In this document: positions 9,664-20,177 of the stretch, in pieces
Numbering within the stretch: the stretch's first letter is position 1
Layout of the letters: each line of letters starts with the position of its first letter
From: Polyangiaceae bacterium
GTDB lineage: Bacteria; Myxococcota_A; Polyangia; Polyangiales; Polyangiaceae
NCBI GenBank assembly: GCA_050287085.1
Contig: JBNKBE010000001.1
Span: 1-64,000 of the forward strand
DNA length: 64,000 bases
Reading direction: 5' to 3'
The notes under the pieces: model-generated
What the model saw: the letters and a program-made list of their open reading frames with translations, nothing else
The model's database searches: none
What the model was told of the DNA's origin: nothing
Program-made: the position numbers and the translations under genes

Positions 9664-10767
9664 CTACTCCGCCGACTCCACATCCGAGTCGGCGGAGGCG
9701 GCGCCACCGGTTGCAGGCTGCATGCGGGCCGCGCGCAAGGCCTCGGGCTCAGCGCCATGGGTGAACTCCACCAGGACCCGCGTCGCGTAGCTGCCCGCTG
9801 GCAGGAAGAAGGTAAGCTCCGCGCTGCCCGCACCGAGTTCTCTAAACGCGAGATCCTCCAGCGGCACTACGAGGTCCCGTCGCGTCCCTGGCGCCAGGCG
9901 CCCCAGGCGGAGCAGGTCTTCGTCCCCCAACCCCGCTTCAGCGTACACCTCGCGCTCAAGCTCAGCGGCGCGGTCTTGCGCTGCCCGCATCTTGGGGCCG
10001 GTGATGGGACCGGTGAGCACGAGATCCCCAGCCGCAAAACGCAGCTGCTCCGCCTCGAGCTCCTCCACCACGAAATAGCTACCGGTCCCCTTGAGGCGGA
10101 CAACCTCGCCGCAGATCAGTCGATCCAGGCCAAGGGCGATGCGCGCTCGGGCGTATCGATTGAACAGTTCAGCTTGAATGACGCTCGGGTAGAGCTTGTT
10201 TTCGAATCGACGACGACGATCGATACGACCCGAGCGCAACCACTCGATCGCTCGCGACCAATTCTGGCCCTCATGCCCGAAACGCTGTTGCCCATAGAAG
10301 TTGAATAGCCCGCGTTCCTGCAGGCGCGCAGACAGCGCGGGGGCGGCGCTCGCACGCTCGACGTCGCGCAGCCTCAGAGTGAACTGGTTGCCCTTGAGAT
10401 GCCCAGTGCGCAGCTTGTTGTCGTGCAGCGTGGCCTCGAGCACCTCGTAACCATCGGGCAGTTCCCACTCCGCTACGGGCGTACTACCGTGTTCGAGAAA
10501 GCTCACCCATTGCGAGGTGATGGCGTGCTTGTCCTTCATGCCGGCGTAACCGATATCGCGAGGCCGAAGCCCTGCGGCGCGGGCTATCACTCGGACCAAC
10601 TCATCGGTGGTAGCGCCGCGCTTCTGAAGCCGCACCAAGCGGTGCTGCCCCGCACCTGAGAACGGATAGAGCGGCACCTCATCGACGCGAAAGTCGTCCC
10701 GCTCCGTGCCCAGGCTTCCGCCAATGGGGGCCAAATCCTGAGTGCATACGGGCAAAAGAGGGTGCAT
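9664..10767 (-). CDS. truD: tRNA pseudouridine(13) synthase TruD
   Basis: DFRVDE, YAGMKDKHAITSQW, GHLKGNQF, NFYGQQRFG, LPAGSYAT; start codon uncertain. Confidence 0.92.
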   Translation of the reverse strand: MHPLLPVCTQDLAPIGGSLGTERDDFRVDEVPLYPFSGAGQHRLVRLQKRGATTDELVRVIARAAGLRPRDIGYAGMKDKHAITSQWVSFLEHGSTPVAEWELPDGYEVLEATLHDNKLRTGHLKGNQFTLRLRDVERASAAPALSARLQERGLFNFYGQQRFGHEGQNWSRAIEWLRSGRIDRRRRFENKLYPSVIQAELFNRYARARIALGLDRLICGEVVRLKGTGSYFVVEELEAEQLRFAAGDLVLTGPITGPKMRAAQDRAAELEREVYAEAGLGDEDLLRLGRLAPGTRRDLVVPLEDLAFRELGAGSAELTFFLPAGSYATRVLVEFTHGAEPEALRAARMQPATGGAASADSDVESAE

Positions 10768-10865
10768 CTTGGGGGCGGCTATAGCGCAAATCTCCGGCTG
10801 GAACACGCTCGGCAGCGCCCGCGAGAGGCCAAGGCCGCCCGCGGGCTGAGTCAGCCGCGTCCCTC

Positions 10866-10928
10866 ACCCGCTCGGCCAGCACCCCGCTCGGCCAGCACCC
10901 CGCTCGGCCAGCACCCCGCTCGGCCAGC
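10866..10928. repeat. Intergenic 16-bp tandem repeat (CCCCGCTCGGCCAGCA, ~4 copies) just past the mutH stop
   Basis: Read directly from sequence. Confidence 0.9.
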
Positions 10929-10934
10929 GCGCCC

Positions 10935-11618
10935 CTACGTCGAGGACAACCCGAACTGTTGAGCAACAATCTCGGCCGTGAAGTTCGTTCGCAAGTAGAA
11001 CCCACGGGGTAATACCTCGATGCGCAGCCCGTCGGCGCTGATGGCGCGGCGGCGCACCGCCCCATCAGCCGCCTTGGGACGGACTTGGAGCACCGCCCCA
11101 AGGCGTCCGGTCACCGACTCCCACTCCCCGCGACCGATCAACCCCGCGAGTTCTTCCCAATCCCAGCGCAAGGCAGACTCCTGCGCGGGCGTTGGGCTCC
11201 ACAAGAAGCCACACCCCACCTGGCGCTCTCCGATGGGGGTATCACGCTCCGCCATGACCGGTACCCACAACACGCGTCGCAGCTTGTTGTAGACTCGGGA
11301 GTCCACCCATTCCGTATCCCCCACTTCAAGCAGCGGAATGGTGCATACAAATGTGGTTTCGAGGGGCCTACCATGACGCGTGAGCGGAATCGTCTTGAGC
11401 TCGATACCGAGACCGACGAAGTCTGGCTCTGACCGGCTCTGTGCGGAGGCTCCCAACAGTTGCTCCATGAGCCCTCCGGCCCAGCCCTTAGCCCGTCGCA
11501 TCTCAGTGGGCACGGGCCGACGTGCCAACTGCGCAAGCGCTGCCAGGGTGCGTCCTTCAAGGTGCCGAACACGGCGCAGCAACTCAGCTTCGGAGGAGGG
11601 GGGTGTCGCGTGGAACAA
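10935..11618 (-). CDS. mutH: DNA mismatch repair endonuclease MutH
   Basis: KGW, LLGASA, PDF, ELKTIP, PLETTFVC, KLRRVLWVP, LWSP, DWEEL, LQVRPKAA, LPRGFYL all match E. coli MutH blocks in order and length. Confidence 0.9.
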   Translation of the reverse strand: MFHATPPSSEAELLRRVRHLEGRTLAALAQLARRPVPTEMRRAKGWAGGLMEQLLGASAQSRSEPDFVGLGIELKTIPLTRHGRPLETTFVCTIPLLEVGDTEWVDSRVYNKLRRVLWVPVMAERDTPIGERQVGCGFLWSPTPAQESALRWDWEELAGLIGRGEWESVTGRLGAVLQVRPKAADGAVRRRAISADGLRIEVLPRGFYLRTNFTAEIVAQQFGLSST

Positions 11619-11776
11619 TCGCTACGGGCTCCGGCTCAAGATTTTCTGGTAGCGCATGCCACGGCGCAACGCTAGAGCCGATAGCCACTTACCCCGGCGC
11701 TGCAGGCGATCGCGAACCGACCCAAACCAGCGTCATTGGGCCACGTTCCCGAACCTATGTTTTGATCCACCCCTCC

Positions 11777-13525
11777 ATGACCCCGTCGCCCGAGCAGACA
11801 CGATTGTATCCCCCAGAGATCGTGCGCCCGGCGCTCTTGCCCGAGGAGCGCCGCGCTCCTTCATACACGTTGCGCTTGGTGGCAGCCCTCTGTGGTGCGC
11901 TGCTTGCCTCCGTGTTGAGCGGCTGCAACCAAACGTCCGCGGCTCAGGACGACGTCGCGCGGCGTCCCCAGATCGGGGCACCCGTGTCCACACCCCGGGA
12001 AGTCACCTCAGCGCACCCCGCACAAGCGCTCCCCGCGACGCTTCCCCAAGGGGGTGTCGCCCGCCAGCATGCCGCGCTCGAAGCGGCACAAGCGGATGCT
12101 GGCTCGGCTCTACTCGCCCAAGAAAGCGCCTCCGCCCCGAAGCCCGCGCCACGAGCTCTTCCCCACGACGGAGCACGCGTCTACGCCAAGACCCGCAACG
12201 TCTGGGTGCGCGAGCGCCCGAGTCATGACTCGCAGTGGATTGGCTTCTTGTGGTTTGGGGACTCCGCTCGACTGAAGAACCTGCGCCCGCTACCGGGCCG
12301 CGGCTGCTCCGAGGGTTGGTACGCCGTCGAGCCGCGCGGCTATGTATGCGTAGACGGTGAACGGTCAACGCTGGACGCCGATGACCCCGTGCTGCAGGCC
12401 CTATTCCCACTGGGTCCGAATCCGGAAGTCGCCTTGCCCCACCCACACTACGGCGAGAGCCGTGGTGCTCCCCGCTATCGGACCTTGCCGACCCCAGAAG
12501 CACAATCCTTCCGGGAGCGCGATCTGAAAGCCCATATGGCCGCCCTCCGCTCGGCCCGAAACGGCGAGCCGCCCGCCGAGTCGCTCCAGGGCGTCGACGT
12601 CAGCTTCGTTCAGAACACGCTCGCGCTTCCCTCGTTACCGCGGACGCTCCAAATGGACCACAAGTGGCTACGCCCAACCTCGACGGTCGCTTGGACCCGT
12701 GAAGTCTCCTGGGGTGAACGCATGTGGCTTCTGACGGAAGATCTGACTTGGGTTCCCAAAGATCGGGTGGTCCCCTACCCAGCGGTGATGTTTCACGGCG
12801 TTCATCTGAGCGATGAGGTCAGGCTTCCGCTTGCGTTCTTTCGGGGCAAGAGCCGCCCACGCTACGAACTTCACGAAGGCGAGCTACGCGAAAAGGGGCA
12901 CTACCCACGACTCGGCCACGTTCAGCTAACGGGTCAGCGCATCGAGCAGGATGACCGGGTCATGCTGGAGACGACCGACGGGGGGTGGGTTGCAAGCGAC
13001 GACGCGGTTGTCGTCGAAGCACGCCCGAAAACCCCTTGGGGCACGCCCCTCGCGGGTCCAGAAGATGCACAGGCTGGCACGGGCCTGCGCCGCTGGCTGG
13101 ATGTAAGCCTCCTTGGGGGCTATCTGGTCGCCTACGAAGGCCACAAGCCCATGTTTGCGACGATGATCTCGCCGGGCCGAGGCGGCGCCCCCCACGGGAA
13201 TATCCCGACGTTGAAGACGGCGTCGACTCCAACCGGGCGCTTCAAGATCACTGGCAAGTTCGTCACCTCCGCGATGATATCACCGACGAAAATGGTGCAC
13301 TCGGCTGTCCCCTATGCCCAGAACTTCAGCGGCCCCTATTCCCTGCACTCAGCCTATTGGCACAACGATTGGGGGGAACCGAAGAGCGGGGGTTGCATCA
13401 ACCTTGCCCCCATAGACGCCAAGTGGCTCTTCGACTTCACCGAGCCCGCCTTGCCACCGGGGTGGCACGGCGTTCGCTGGCTACCAAAACACGAGGCCGC
13501 CACCACCCTGATCGTACGACGGTAG
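11777..13525 (+). CDS. L,D-transpeptidase (YkuD family), exported
   Basis: C-terminal TPTGRFKITGK, VPYAQNF, LHSAYWH..SGGCINL; LSGC lipobox-like segment; start uncertain. Confidence 0.8.
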   Translation: MTPSPEQTRLYPPEIVRPALLPEERRAPSYTLRLVAALCGALLASVLSGCNQTSAAQDDVARRPQIGAPVSTPREVTSAHPAQALPATLPQGGVARQHAALEAAQADAGSALLAQESASAPKPAPRALPHDGARVYAKTRNVWVRERPSHDSQWIGFLWFGDSARLKNLRPLPGRGCSEGWYAVEPRGYVCVDGERSTLDADDPVLQALFPLGPNPEVALPHPHYGESRGAPRYRTLPTPEAQSFRERDLKAHMAALRSARNGEPPAESLQGVDVSFVQNTLALPSLPRTLQMDHKWLRPTSTVAWTREVSWGERMWLLTEDLTWVPKDRVVPYPAVMFHGVHLSDEVRLPLAFFRGKSRPRYELHEGELREKGHYPRLGHVQLTGQRIEQDDRVMLETTDGGWVASDDAVVVEARPKTPWGTPLAGPEDAQAGTGLRRWLDVSLLGGYLVAYEGHKPMFATMISPGRGGAPHGNIPTLKTASTPTGRFKITGKFVTSAMISPTKMVHSAVPYAQNFSGPYSLHSAYWHNDWGEPKSGGCINLAPIDAKWLFDFTEPALPPGWHGVRWLPKHEAATTLIVRR

Positions 13526-13540
13526 GACCCCCGCGGGCCA

Positions 13541-13581
13541 GGATACCTGCGGTGAGGATACCCTGCGGTGAGAATACCCTG
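13541..13581. repeat. Imperfect ~16-bp tandem repeat (GATACCCTGCGGTGAG, ~2.5 copies) between convergent genes
   Basis: Read directly from sequence. Confidence 0.7.
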
Positions 13582-13633
13582 GCGCTGCCGCATGCGCCTT
13601 GAGCCGGCGCCCGCAAACCACACTCGGGGCTTC

Positions 13634-13939
13634 TTAGAAGCCTAGCTCTTTCTTGCGAGCTTCCGCGGTGGGCAGCGGTTCTTGGGTTTCATTTATCACG
13701 GGTAGACTCTTGCTGCGCTCAGCATTGAGAGCAATCCACTCCTCTTGCTCTTCGGGCAACTGAGTTTCGTCGTAGATTGCTTCAACCGGGCACTCCGGCA
13801 CACACGCGCCGCAGTCGATACACTCGTCTGGGTCGATGTAGAGCATGTCCTCGTCGGCGTGAAAACAATCCACGGGGCACACGTCCACGCAATCAGTAAA
13901 GCGGCAGCGTTGGCAATTCGAGGTAACTACAAAGGCCAT
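13634..13939 (-). CDS. fdxA: Ferredoxin, FdxA/Azotobacter FdI-like dicluster type
   Basis: AFVVTSNCQRCRFTDCVDVCPVDCF..IDPDECIDCGACVPECPVEAI. Confidence 0.9.
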   Translation of the reverse strand: MAFVVTSNCQRCRFTDCVDVCPVDCFHADEDMLYIDPDECIDCGACVPECPVEAIYDETQLPEEQEEWIALNAERSKSLPVINETQEPLPTAEARKKELGF

Positions 13940-14167
13940 GGTCGAGCGTCTTTTTCTTGATCTAGAAATTGCGGCGCGCAACGGGCGCACCCGGCGGGGT
14001 CATAATACACGGTCCGGCTAGGGGCAACCGCGCCGTCGCTGACTCCGAGCGTCGAAGCGGGGCCGCGCGAACACGCGGCCAAAGATACTCGGGGCCCGCG
14101 AAGGGGAACGTCAGTCGCGAGCCGGGCGAGGACGCCGCGCGGCGGGGCGCTTCCCATTGGCGGGCCT

Positions 14168-17100
14168 TCAGGGTTCGTACCCGAGATTGGGAGCGAGCCA
14201 ACGCTCCACCTCGGCCACGGACAGCCCCTTGCGCGCCGCATAGTCTTGGATCTGATCGCGTCCGAGTAGCCCAACGTTGAAGTAGCGGGCTTCGGGGTGG
14301 GCGAAGTATACGCCGCTGACCGTAGCGCCGGGCACCATCGAAAAGTTCTCGGTGAGCGACGTCCCGATTTTCTCGCCCTCCAACAATTCGAAAAGGGTCT
14401 TCTTTTCGGTGTGGTCCGGGCACGCAGGGTACCCAAACGCCGGACGGATCCCGCGATATCGCTCCTGAATCAGACTCTCGAGGTCGAGCCCGTCGGACTG
14501 CTCGTACCCCCACTCACGGCGCACGCGGCGATGCAGAAGCTCCGCAAAAGCCTCTGCTAGGCGGTCCGCCAGCACCTTGACCATGATCGCATTGTAGTCG
14601 TCGTGCTTGCGCTCGTAGTGAGCGGCGAGCTCGTCCGCACCGAGACCTGCGGTCACTATGAACGCCCCCAGGGCATCGCGCTGGTTGCCCGCGCGCGGCG
14701 CTACGAAGTCGGATAGACAGAGGCGACTCGAGTCGCCGCGTTCTCGCTGCTGACGCAGGAAGTGAAGCCGCGTGAGCTCTTGGGAGCATTCCGCATCCGT
14801 GTACAGAGCCACGTCGTCTCCGTCCGAACGCGCTGGCCAGAAGCCATACACCGCGCTCGCTTGCAAGGACTGGTCGCGCTCAATCTGGTCCAGAAGCGCT
14901 GTAGCGTTGGCAAATAGGTCGCGAGCTGCCGGACCGTAGTCCGCATGTTCGAGCACTTTCGGGTAGCGTCCGGGCATGTCCCAGGCGCTGAAGAGATACG
15001 TCCAATCGATGTAGGGCCTGATCTCCGAAAGGGAAAAGCGCTCCAAGCGTTGAACGCCGAACGTCGATGGCACCGCAGGCGCCTCGGAGAAATCGGGCTT
15101 GGCCGCTCGCTCGCGGGCGTCGGAAATCGATAACAACGTCGCTTCTCCCCCGCCAGCGTGTAGTTGGCGCAAGCGCTCCTGCTGGACGACATTGTCAGCC
15201 GCAAATTCACGCTTCGCCTCGCGGTCTAGCAACTTGGCAACCACCCCGACCACGCGGGAGGCATCCACCACGTGCACCACGGGTTCGTCGTAGGCCGGAG
15301 CGATCTTGACCGCAGTGTGACGGCGACTCGTCGTCGCGCCTCCGATCAGCAGCGACTGCTCGAACCCTTGTCGCTTCAGTTCGCGCGCCACGTGCACCAT
15401 CTCGTCCAAACTCGGCGTAATAAGCCCGGACAACCCGATGATATGCGCGTCGTGCTCTATGGCCGCGTCGAGAATCTTCTGAGCGGGCACCATGACCCCG
15501 AGATCGATGACCTCGTAGTTGTTGCAGCGCAACACGACGCCTACGATATTCTTGCCGATATCGTGCACGTCACCTTTGACCGTCGCCATGATGACTCGGC
15601 CCCGGCGAGCATTGGCGGCTTCGGTTCCACCGTCCATGAACGGCTCGAGATAAGCCACGGCCCTCTTCATGACGCGAGCGCTCTTGACGACCTGTGGCAG
15701 GAACATCTTGCCGGCGCCGAAGAGCTCACCCACAACCCCCATGCCATCCATGAGCGGCCCCTCAATCACCTTGAGGGGTTGCCCAAGCTTCTGACGAGCT
15801 TCTTCTGCGTCCGCTTCGATGTAGTCGGTAACCCCTTTGACCAACGCGTGCTTGATGCGCTCCGCTACGTCGGAGTCTCGCCAGGAGAGGTCCTCGACCT
15901 GCTGCGTGCCCGACCCTTTGAAGCGCTCGGCAAGCTCCACCATGCGCTCGGTTGCGTCGGGACGCCGATTGAAGAGGACGTCCTCGACGCACTCGAGGAG
16001 CTCTTTGGGGATCTCCTCGTAGACCTCGAGCTGACCGGCATTGACAATCCCCATGTCCATCCCCGCCTTGATGGCGTGATAGAGAAACGCTGAGTGGAAC
16101 GCCTGCCGAACGCGTTCATTCCCTCGAAAGGAGAACGACAAGTTGCTGACCCCACCGCTCACCTTGGCACCCGGCAGCTCAGCCTTGATCCGCTTGATGG
16201 CTTCGATGAATTCGACGGCGTAGTTGTTGTGCTCCTCGATGCCAGTCGCGACCGCGAAGATATTTGGATCGAATATGATGTCGTTGGGCTCAAACCCAAC
16301 CTGCTCGGTGAGGATCCGATAGGCACGCCGGCAGATTTCGACCTTGCGCTCGCACGTGTCCGCCTGACCTTGCTCGTCGAAGGCCATCACCACCACCGCA
16401 GTGCCATACTGCAAGCACTTTCGGGCCTGCTCGATGAAGGGCTGCTCTCCCTCCTTCATGCTGATGGAATTGACGATGGCTTTGCCCTGAACACACTTGA
16501 GTCCCGCTTCGATAACGCTCCACTTGGAGCTGTCGACCATGATCGGAACGCGAGCTATTTCCGGCTCGGTGGCAACCATGTTGAGAAAGCGAGTCATCGC
16601 CGCCTCCCCGTCGAGCATGCCTTCGTCCATGTTGACATCGATGACGTTGGCGCCGCTCCTGACCTGTTGCGCCGCGACGTCGATGGCTTCGTCGTACTTA
16701 TCCTCCTTGATGAGACGAGCAAAGCGACGGCTTCCGGTCACGTTCGTGCGCTCGCCGATCATGGTGAAGCTCGTGCCGCTACGGATCTCATAGGGCTCAA
16801 GCCCACTCAAGCGCGTGCTGTCGTGAACGACGGTGGGCGGGGTGCGCGGCTCGATGTCCCGAACGCGGTCGTGAATACAGCCAATATGCTGCGGCGACGT
16901 CCCGCAACAACCACCGACGAAGTTAACTAGGCCGCTGGTTGCGAACTCGTGCAGCAGCTCACCGGTCTGTGCCGGTGTCTCGTCGTATTCACCAAACGCG
17001 TTGGGCAGGCCCGCGTTCGGGTATGAGCTCACCAGAGCATCAGCCATACTGCTGAGCGCTGCCAGATGGGGTCGCATGTCCTTGGCGCCCAACGCGCAGT

Positions 17101-17842
17101 TCATGCCGACGCTCATCGGATGAGCGTGGGCGACCGAGTTCCAGAACGCCTCCACGGTTTGACCCGAGAGGGTGCGACCGCTCCTATCGGTGATGGTTAC
17201 GCTGATCATTACAGGCAGTCGCTTGCCCTGCTCGGCAAACACCTGTTCTACCGCATGCAGTGCGGCTTTGCTGTTGAGCGTGTCGAAGATCGTCTCAACC
17301 AGAAGGATATCCGTCCCTCCTTCGATCAACCCTCGCACCTGCTCCGCATAGGCTTCACGCGCCTGATCGTAGGTCAAGTTGCGAAAAGCCGTGTCGTTCA
17401 CGTCGGGAGACAAGCTCAGGCTACGGTTCATGGGACCGATCGCTCCCGCTACGAAACGGGGCTTGTCCGGCGTCTTCTCCGACCACCGATCCGCAGCCTG
17501 GCGGGCCAGCTGCGCGGCGCGGACATTGAGCTCGTAAACCGCCGATTCGAGGCTGTAATCCGCCTGGGCGATACGCGTCGCCGCAAACGTATTGGTCTCG
17601 ATGATATCAGCGCCTACCGCAAGGTAGCTATCGTGCACCGCACTGATAACGTCGGGCCGCGTGAGGACGAGAACCTCATTGTTGCCCTTCAGCTCGATGT
17701 GGCTGCTCTGGAACAGCTCTCCTCGAAAGTCTGCCTCCGTCAACCCATGCTTCTGCACTTCGGTGCCCATAGCGCCGTCCAGAACCAGGATTCGCTTACT
17801 CGCCAGACGCTCGATCTCTAGCTGCTTTTCCGCCTTCTGCAT
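14168..17842 (-). CDS. metH: Cobalamin-dependent methionine synthase
   Basis: [35 protein letters not shown]12 motif, [12 protein letters not shown] activation domain. Confidence 0.98.
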   Translation of the reverse strand: MQKAEKQLEIERLASKRILVLDGAMGTEVQKHGLTEADFRGELFQSSHIELKGNNEVLVLTRPDVISAVHDSYLAVGADIIETNTFAATRIAQADYSLESAVYELNVRAAQLARQAADRWSEKTPDKPRFVAGAIGPMNRSLSLSPDVNDTAFRNLTYDQAREAYAEQVRGLIEGGTDILLVETIFDTLNSKAALHAVEQVFAEQGKRLPVMISVTITDRSGRTLSGQTVEAFWNSVAHAHPMSVGMNCALGAKDMRPHLAALSSMADALVSSYPNAGLPNAFGEYDETPAQTGELLHEFATSGLVNFVGGCCGTSPQHIGCIHDRVRDIEPRTPPTVVHDSTRLSGLEPYEIRSGTSFTMIGERTNVTGSRRFARLIKEDKYDEAIDVAAQQVRSGANVIDVNMDEGMLDGEAAMTRFLNMVATEPEIARVPIMVDSSKWSVIEAGLKCVQGKAIVNSISMKEGEQPFIEQARKCLQYGTAVVVMAFDEQGQADTCERKVEICRRAYRILTEQVGFEPNDIIFDPNIFAVATGIEEHNNYAVEFIEAIKRIKAELPGAKVSGGVSNLSFSFRGNERVRQAFHSAFLYHAIKAGMDMGIVNAGQLEVYEEIPKELLECVEDVLFNRRPDATERMVELAERFKGSGTQQVEDLSWRDSDVAERIKHALVKGVTDYIEADAEEARQKLGQPLKVIEGPLMDGMGVVGELFGAGKMFLPQVVKSARVMKRAVAYLEPFMDGGTEAANARRGRVIMATVKGDVHDIGKNIVGVVLRCNNYEVIDLGVMVPAQKILDAAIEHDAHIIGLSGLITPSLDEMVHVARELKRQGFEQSLLIGGATTSRRHTAVKIAPAYDEPVVHVVDASRVVGVVAKLLDREAKREFAADNVVQQERLRQLHAGGGEATLLSISDARERAAKPDFSEAPAVPSTFGVQRLERFSLSEIRPYIDWTYLFSAWDMPGRYPKVLEHADYGPAARDLFANATALLDQIERDQSLQASAVYGFWPARSDGDDVALYTDAECSQELTRLHFLRQQRERGDSSRLCLSDFVAPRAGNQRDALGAFIVTAGLGADELAAHYERKHDDYNAIMVKVLADRLAEAFAELLHRRVRREWGYEQSDGLDLESLIQERYRGIRPAFGYPACPDHTEKKTLFELLEGEKIGTSLTENFSMVPGATVSGVYFAHPEARYFNVGLLGRDQIQDYAARKGLSVAEVERWLAPNLGYEP

Positions 17843-18040
17843 GCTCGCCTCACTCCGACTCAATACACCGTCGGTAAAACCCGCTGAGCAGTAGAGCACC
17901 CGGTTCGGAAACACAAGGCGCCGCGAAGGCCGGACGATCGGTGTAGGCCCATGGCAGGCCCAGCCCCGGCCGCTCGACGGCCACCACAGCGCTCAGCGCC
18001 GAGACTCGCGGGCTGTCACTCCAGGACGCTCCGGCCCAAC

Positions 18041-18119
18041 CGCTTCAGCCCAGCACCGCGCTTCAGCCCAGCACCGCGCTTCAGCCCAGCACCGCGCTTC
18101 AGCCCAGCACCGCGCTTCA
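18041..18119. repeat. Perfect 18-bp tandem repeat (CGCTTCAGCCCAGCACCG x4.4) abutting the thioesterase stop, upstream of metH
   Basis: Read directly from sequence. Confidence 0.95.
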
Positions 18120-18518
18120 ACTCAATACCGCGAGCCGCAGTCGGCCAGTCGCAACCAGGCGCTCATCCGCGTCGACGATCCGAGCCTCCCAAAGCTGCGT
18201 ACTGCGGCCGCAGTGAATAGGCGCCGCGTGACACGTCAGCGCACCTCCACCCACGGGCCGAAGAAAGCTCGTGTGGTTCTCCATCCCCGCCACCTTGCGC
18301 TCCGGACCGGCGGCAAGGGACGCGCCAAGAGAGCACGCGGTTTCCACGGCGGCCGCATAGACTCCACCATTGACCAAGCCCCAAGGTTGAAGGTGGCGCT
18401 CATCGACATCCCAGCTGAGCTGTACGTTCTCAGCGGTTGCCAGCAGCAGACGAAATCCAAGCGTCTTTCCCAAGCCTGCGTCAAAGAGCGCCGGCAGTAG
18501 CGGGGTATCCATGGGCAT
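18117..18518 (-). CDS. PaaI-family hotdog thioesterase
   Basis: [32 protein letters not shown]. Confidence 0.88.
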   Translation of the reverse strand: MPMDTPLLPALFDAGLGKTLGFRLLLATAENVQLSWDVDERHLQPWGLVNGGVYAAAVETACSLGASLAAGPERKVAGMENHTSFLRPVGGGALTCHAAPIHCGRSTQLWEARIVDADERLVATGRLRLAVLS

Positions 18519-18622
18519 CGCGCCAGCATCCTATCGCACCGCTGCTGGAGCGCAACCAAGCGGCTGGAGTTGTCGGGCGGGCAGGGCGTGCGAGCCGCAA
18601 CCGACAAGCGCGAAGAAAGCGG

Positions 18623-18651
18623 TTGACAGGACCTTCACCGGGCCGCAATTA
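18623..18651 (+). promoter_or_regulatory. Possible sigma70 promoter for the grxD fusion (TTGACA-17-CAATTA), near-leaderless
   Basis: Perfect -35 hexamer; weak -10; no clear RBS before ATG 18658. Confidence 0.35.
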
Positions 18652-18657
18652 GCTCAC

Positions 18658-19572
18658 ATGGCGGACGTTCGAGCGCGGATTCAGCAGCAGATTGAGGCGG
18701 CCCCCGTAGTGCTGTTCATGAAGGGAGACCGACGCTCTCCTCAATGTGGCTTCAGCGCGACGGTGGTATCCATCCTCGACGATCTGTTAGACAGCTACGA
18801 GACGTGTAACGTCCTGGCCGATCCTGAGCTGAGGCAAGGCATCAAAGACTTCTCGGATTGGCCGACGATACCGCAGCTCTACGTCCGCGGTGAGTTCGTC
18901 GGAGGCTGTGACATCGTCAAAGAGATGTTCGAAAACGGAGAGCTCGAGCAAGCCCTGGGTCTCGACCCGAGCGCCGTGACCGCTCCGTCCATCACCGTCA
19001 CCGCTCCAGCCCGTGACGCACTGCTTGCGGCGGTCGACGGCGGCGATGAGTATGTGCATCTAGAGATCGACGGCCAGTACAATCACGGCCTTTCGATCGC
19101 ACCGCGCAAGAGCAGTGACCTCGAAGTCAAGAGCGGTGAGCTGGTTGTACTTCTCGATCGCGGTAGCGCGCGCCGAGCTGAAGGCGTGGTCATCGACTAT
19201 GTCGACTCCCCCAGTGGGCAAGCGTTCAAGATAACCAACCCGAACGAACCCAAAGGCGTGCAATCGCTTTCCGTGGGCGAACTGGCCACACTCCTCGAGC
19301 AGGGCGCACCCAAGCTCTACGACGTACGAACCCCCGAAGAGCGCGCGGTTGCCAAGCTCGAGGCTGCAAGGCTGCTTGACCGAGCCGCGCAAGACGAAAT
19401 CTTCATGCTGCCCAAGGACACGCCGCTGTATTTCATGTGCCACCATGGCGTGCGAAGCCGGCAAGCTGCGGAGTTCTTCAACAAGCAGGGTTATAGCGAG
19501 GTATTCAACGTCGAAGGTGGCATCGACGCCTGGTCTCGCGACGTTGATCCTGACGTGCCTCGCTACGACTGA
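18658..19572 (+). CDS. grxD: Monothiol glutaredoxin (Grx4) fused to IscA/HesB-like and rhodanese domains
   Basis: [24 protein letters not shown]; middle ITVT..IDY..FKITNPN; C-terminal DVRT, CHHGVRS, GGIDAW. Confidence 0.9.
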   Translation: MADVRARIQQQIEAAPVVLFMKGDRRSPQCGFSATVVSILDDLLDSYETCNVLADPELRQGIKDFSDWPTIPQLYVRGEFVGGCDIVKEMFENGELEQALGLDPSAVTAPSITVTAPARDALLAAVDGGDEYVHLEIDGQYNHGLSIAPRKSSDLEVKSGELVVLLDRGSARRAEGVVIDYVDSPSGQAFKITNPNEPKGVQSLSVGELATLLEQGAPKLYDVRTPEERAVAKLEAARLLDRAAQDEIFMLPKDTPLYFMCHHGVRSRQAAEFFNKQGYSEVFNVEGGIDAWSRDVDPDVPRYD

Positions 19573-19805
19573 CGCTGTCTGACGCCCTGCCGGCGTGCTG
19601 CGACTGAGGCCTGAGCCGGCTCGGCCGCGCGTTTAGGAGCCACAGGCGAAACGGGCGTTGCAGTCGAAGCTCCGTCTCGCGGGGAACAACCCATCGACGA
19701 CAAGCTGGAGCCGCACGCGCAAAGGCAAAAAGCAGGGCGAGACCCGCGACGACCGGAGCATCCCGGCCTCCATCACCAGGCGCGGAGGCAAACGCTCTGC
19801 CGACC

Positions 19806-20057
19806 CTAGGGCACCGTAGTCACGAGGCGATCGACCGCGTGAAGCGGTGCCGCGTCACCGACCATGAGGTGACGAATCGCTCGGTAGACCAGGCGCTGAC
19901 TCTGCACGCGATTCTTTCCCTCAAAGAGGGAGGAAATCACCTCGATTGAGTAGTGGCCACCACTCCCCGTCACGTCGACTGTGCCGCCCGGAATATGCTG
20001 TTGGATCGCTGTGCGAATCGCTTCAGCCAAGGCGGCATCGGGATCACCTGGAAGCAT
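19806..20057 (-). CDS. BolA/IbaG family protein
   Basis: GGHYSIEVISSLFEGKNRVQSQRLVY..LHAV. Confidence 0.88.
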   Translation of the reverse strand: MLPGDPDAALAEAIRTAIQQHIPGGTVDVTGSGGHYSIEVISSLFEGKNRVQSQRLVYRAIRHLMVGDAAPLHAVDRLVTTVP

Positions 20058-20177
20058 CTTTCTCCCATAGCCGATCTCAAGCAACTTCTCCAGTCTGAGG
20101 GACCGGCCAACAAGTTGTCGTCCCCTACGTCACACAATATCGCCCCAAGTTGGACCAGCTCGGAGGGCCTTCGCAGT

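Noticed and set aside
18041..18119. CRISPR-like array (also 3192-3257 and 10866-10928)
   Set aside because: Units are directly adjacent with no unique spacers, shorter than CRISPR repeats, and no cas genes are present
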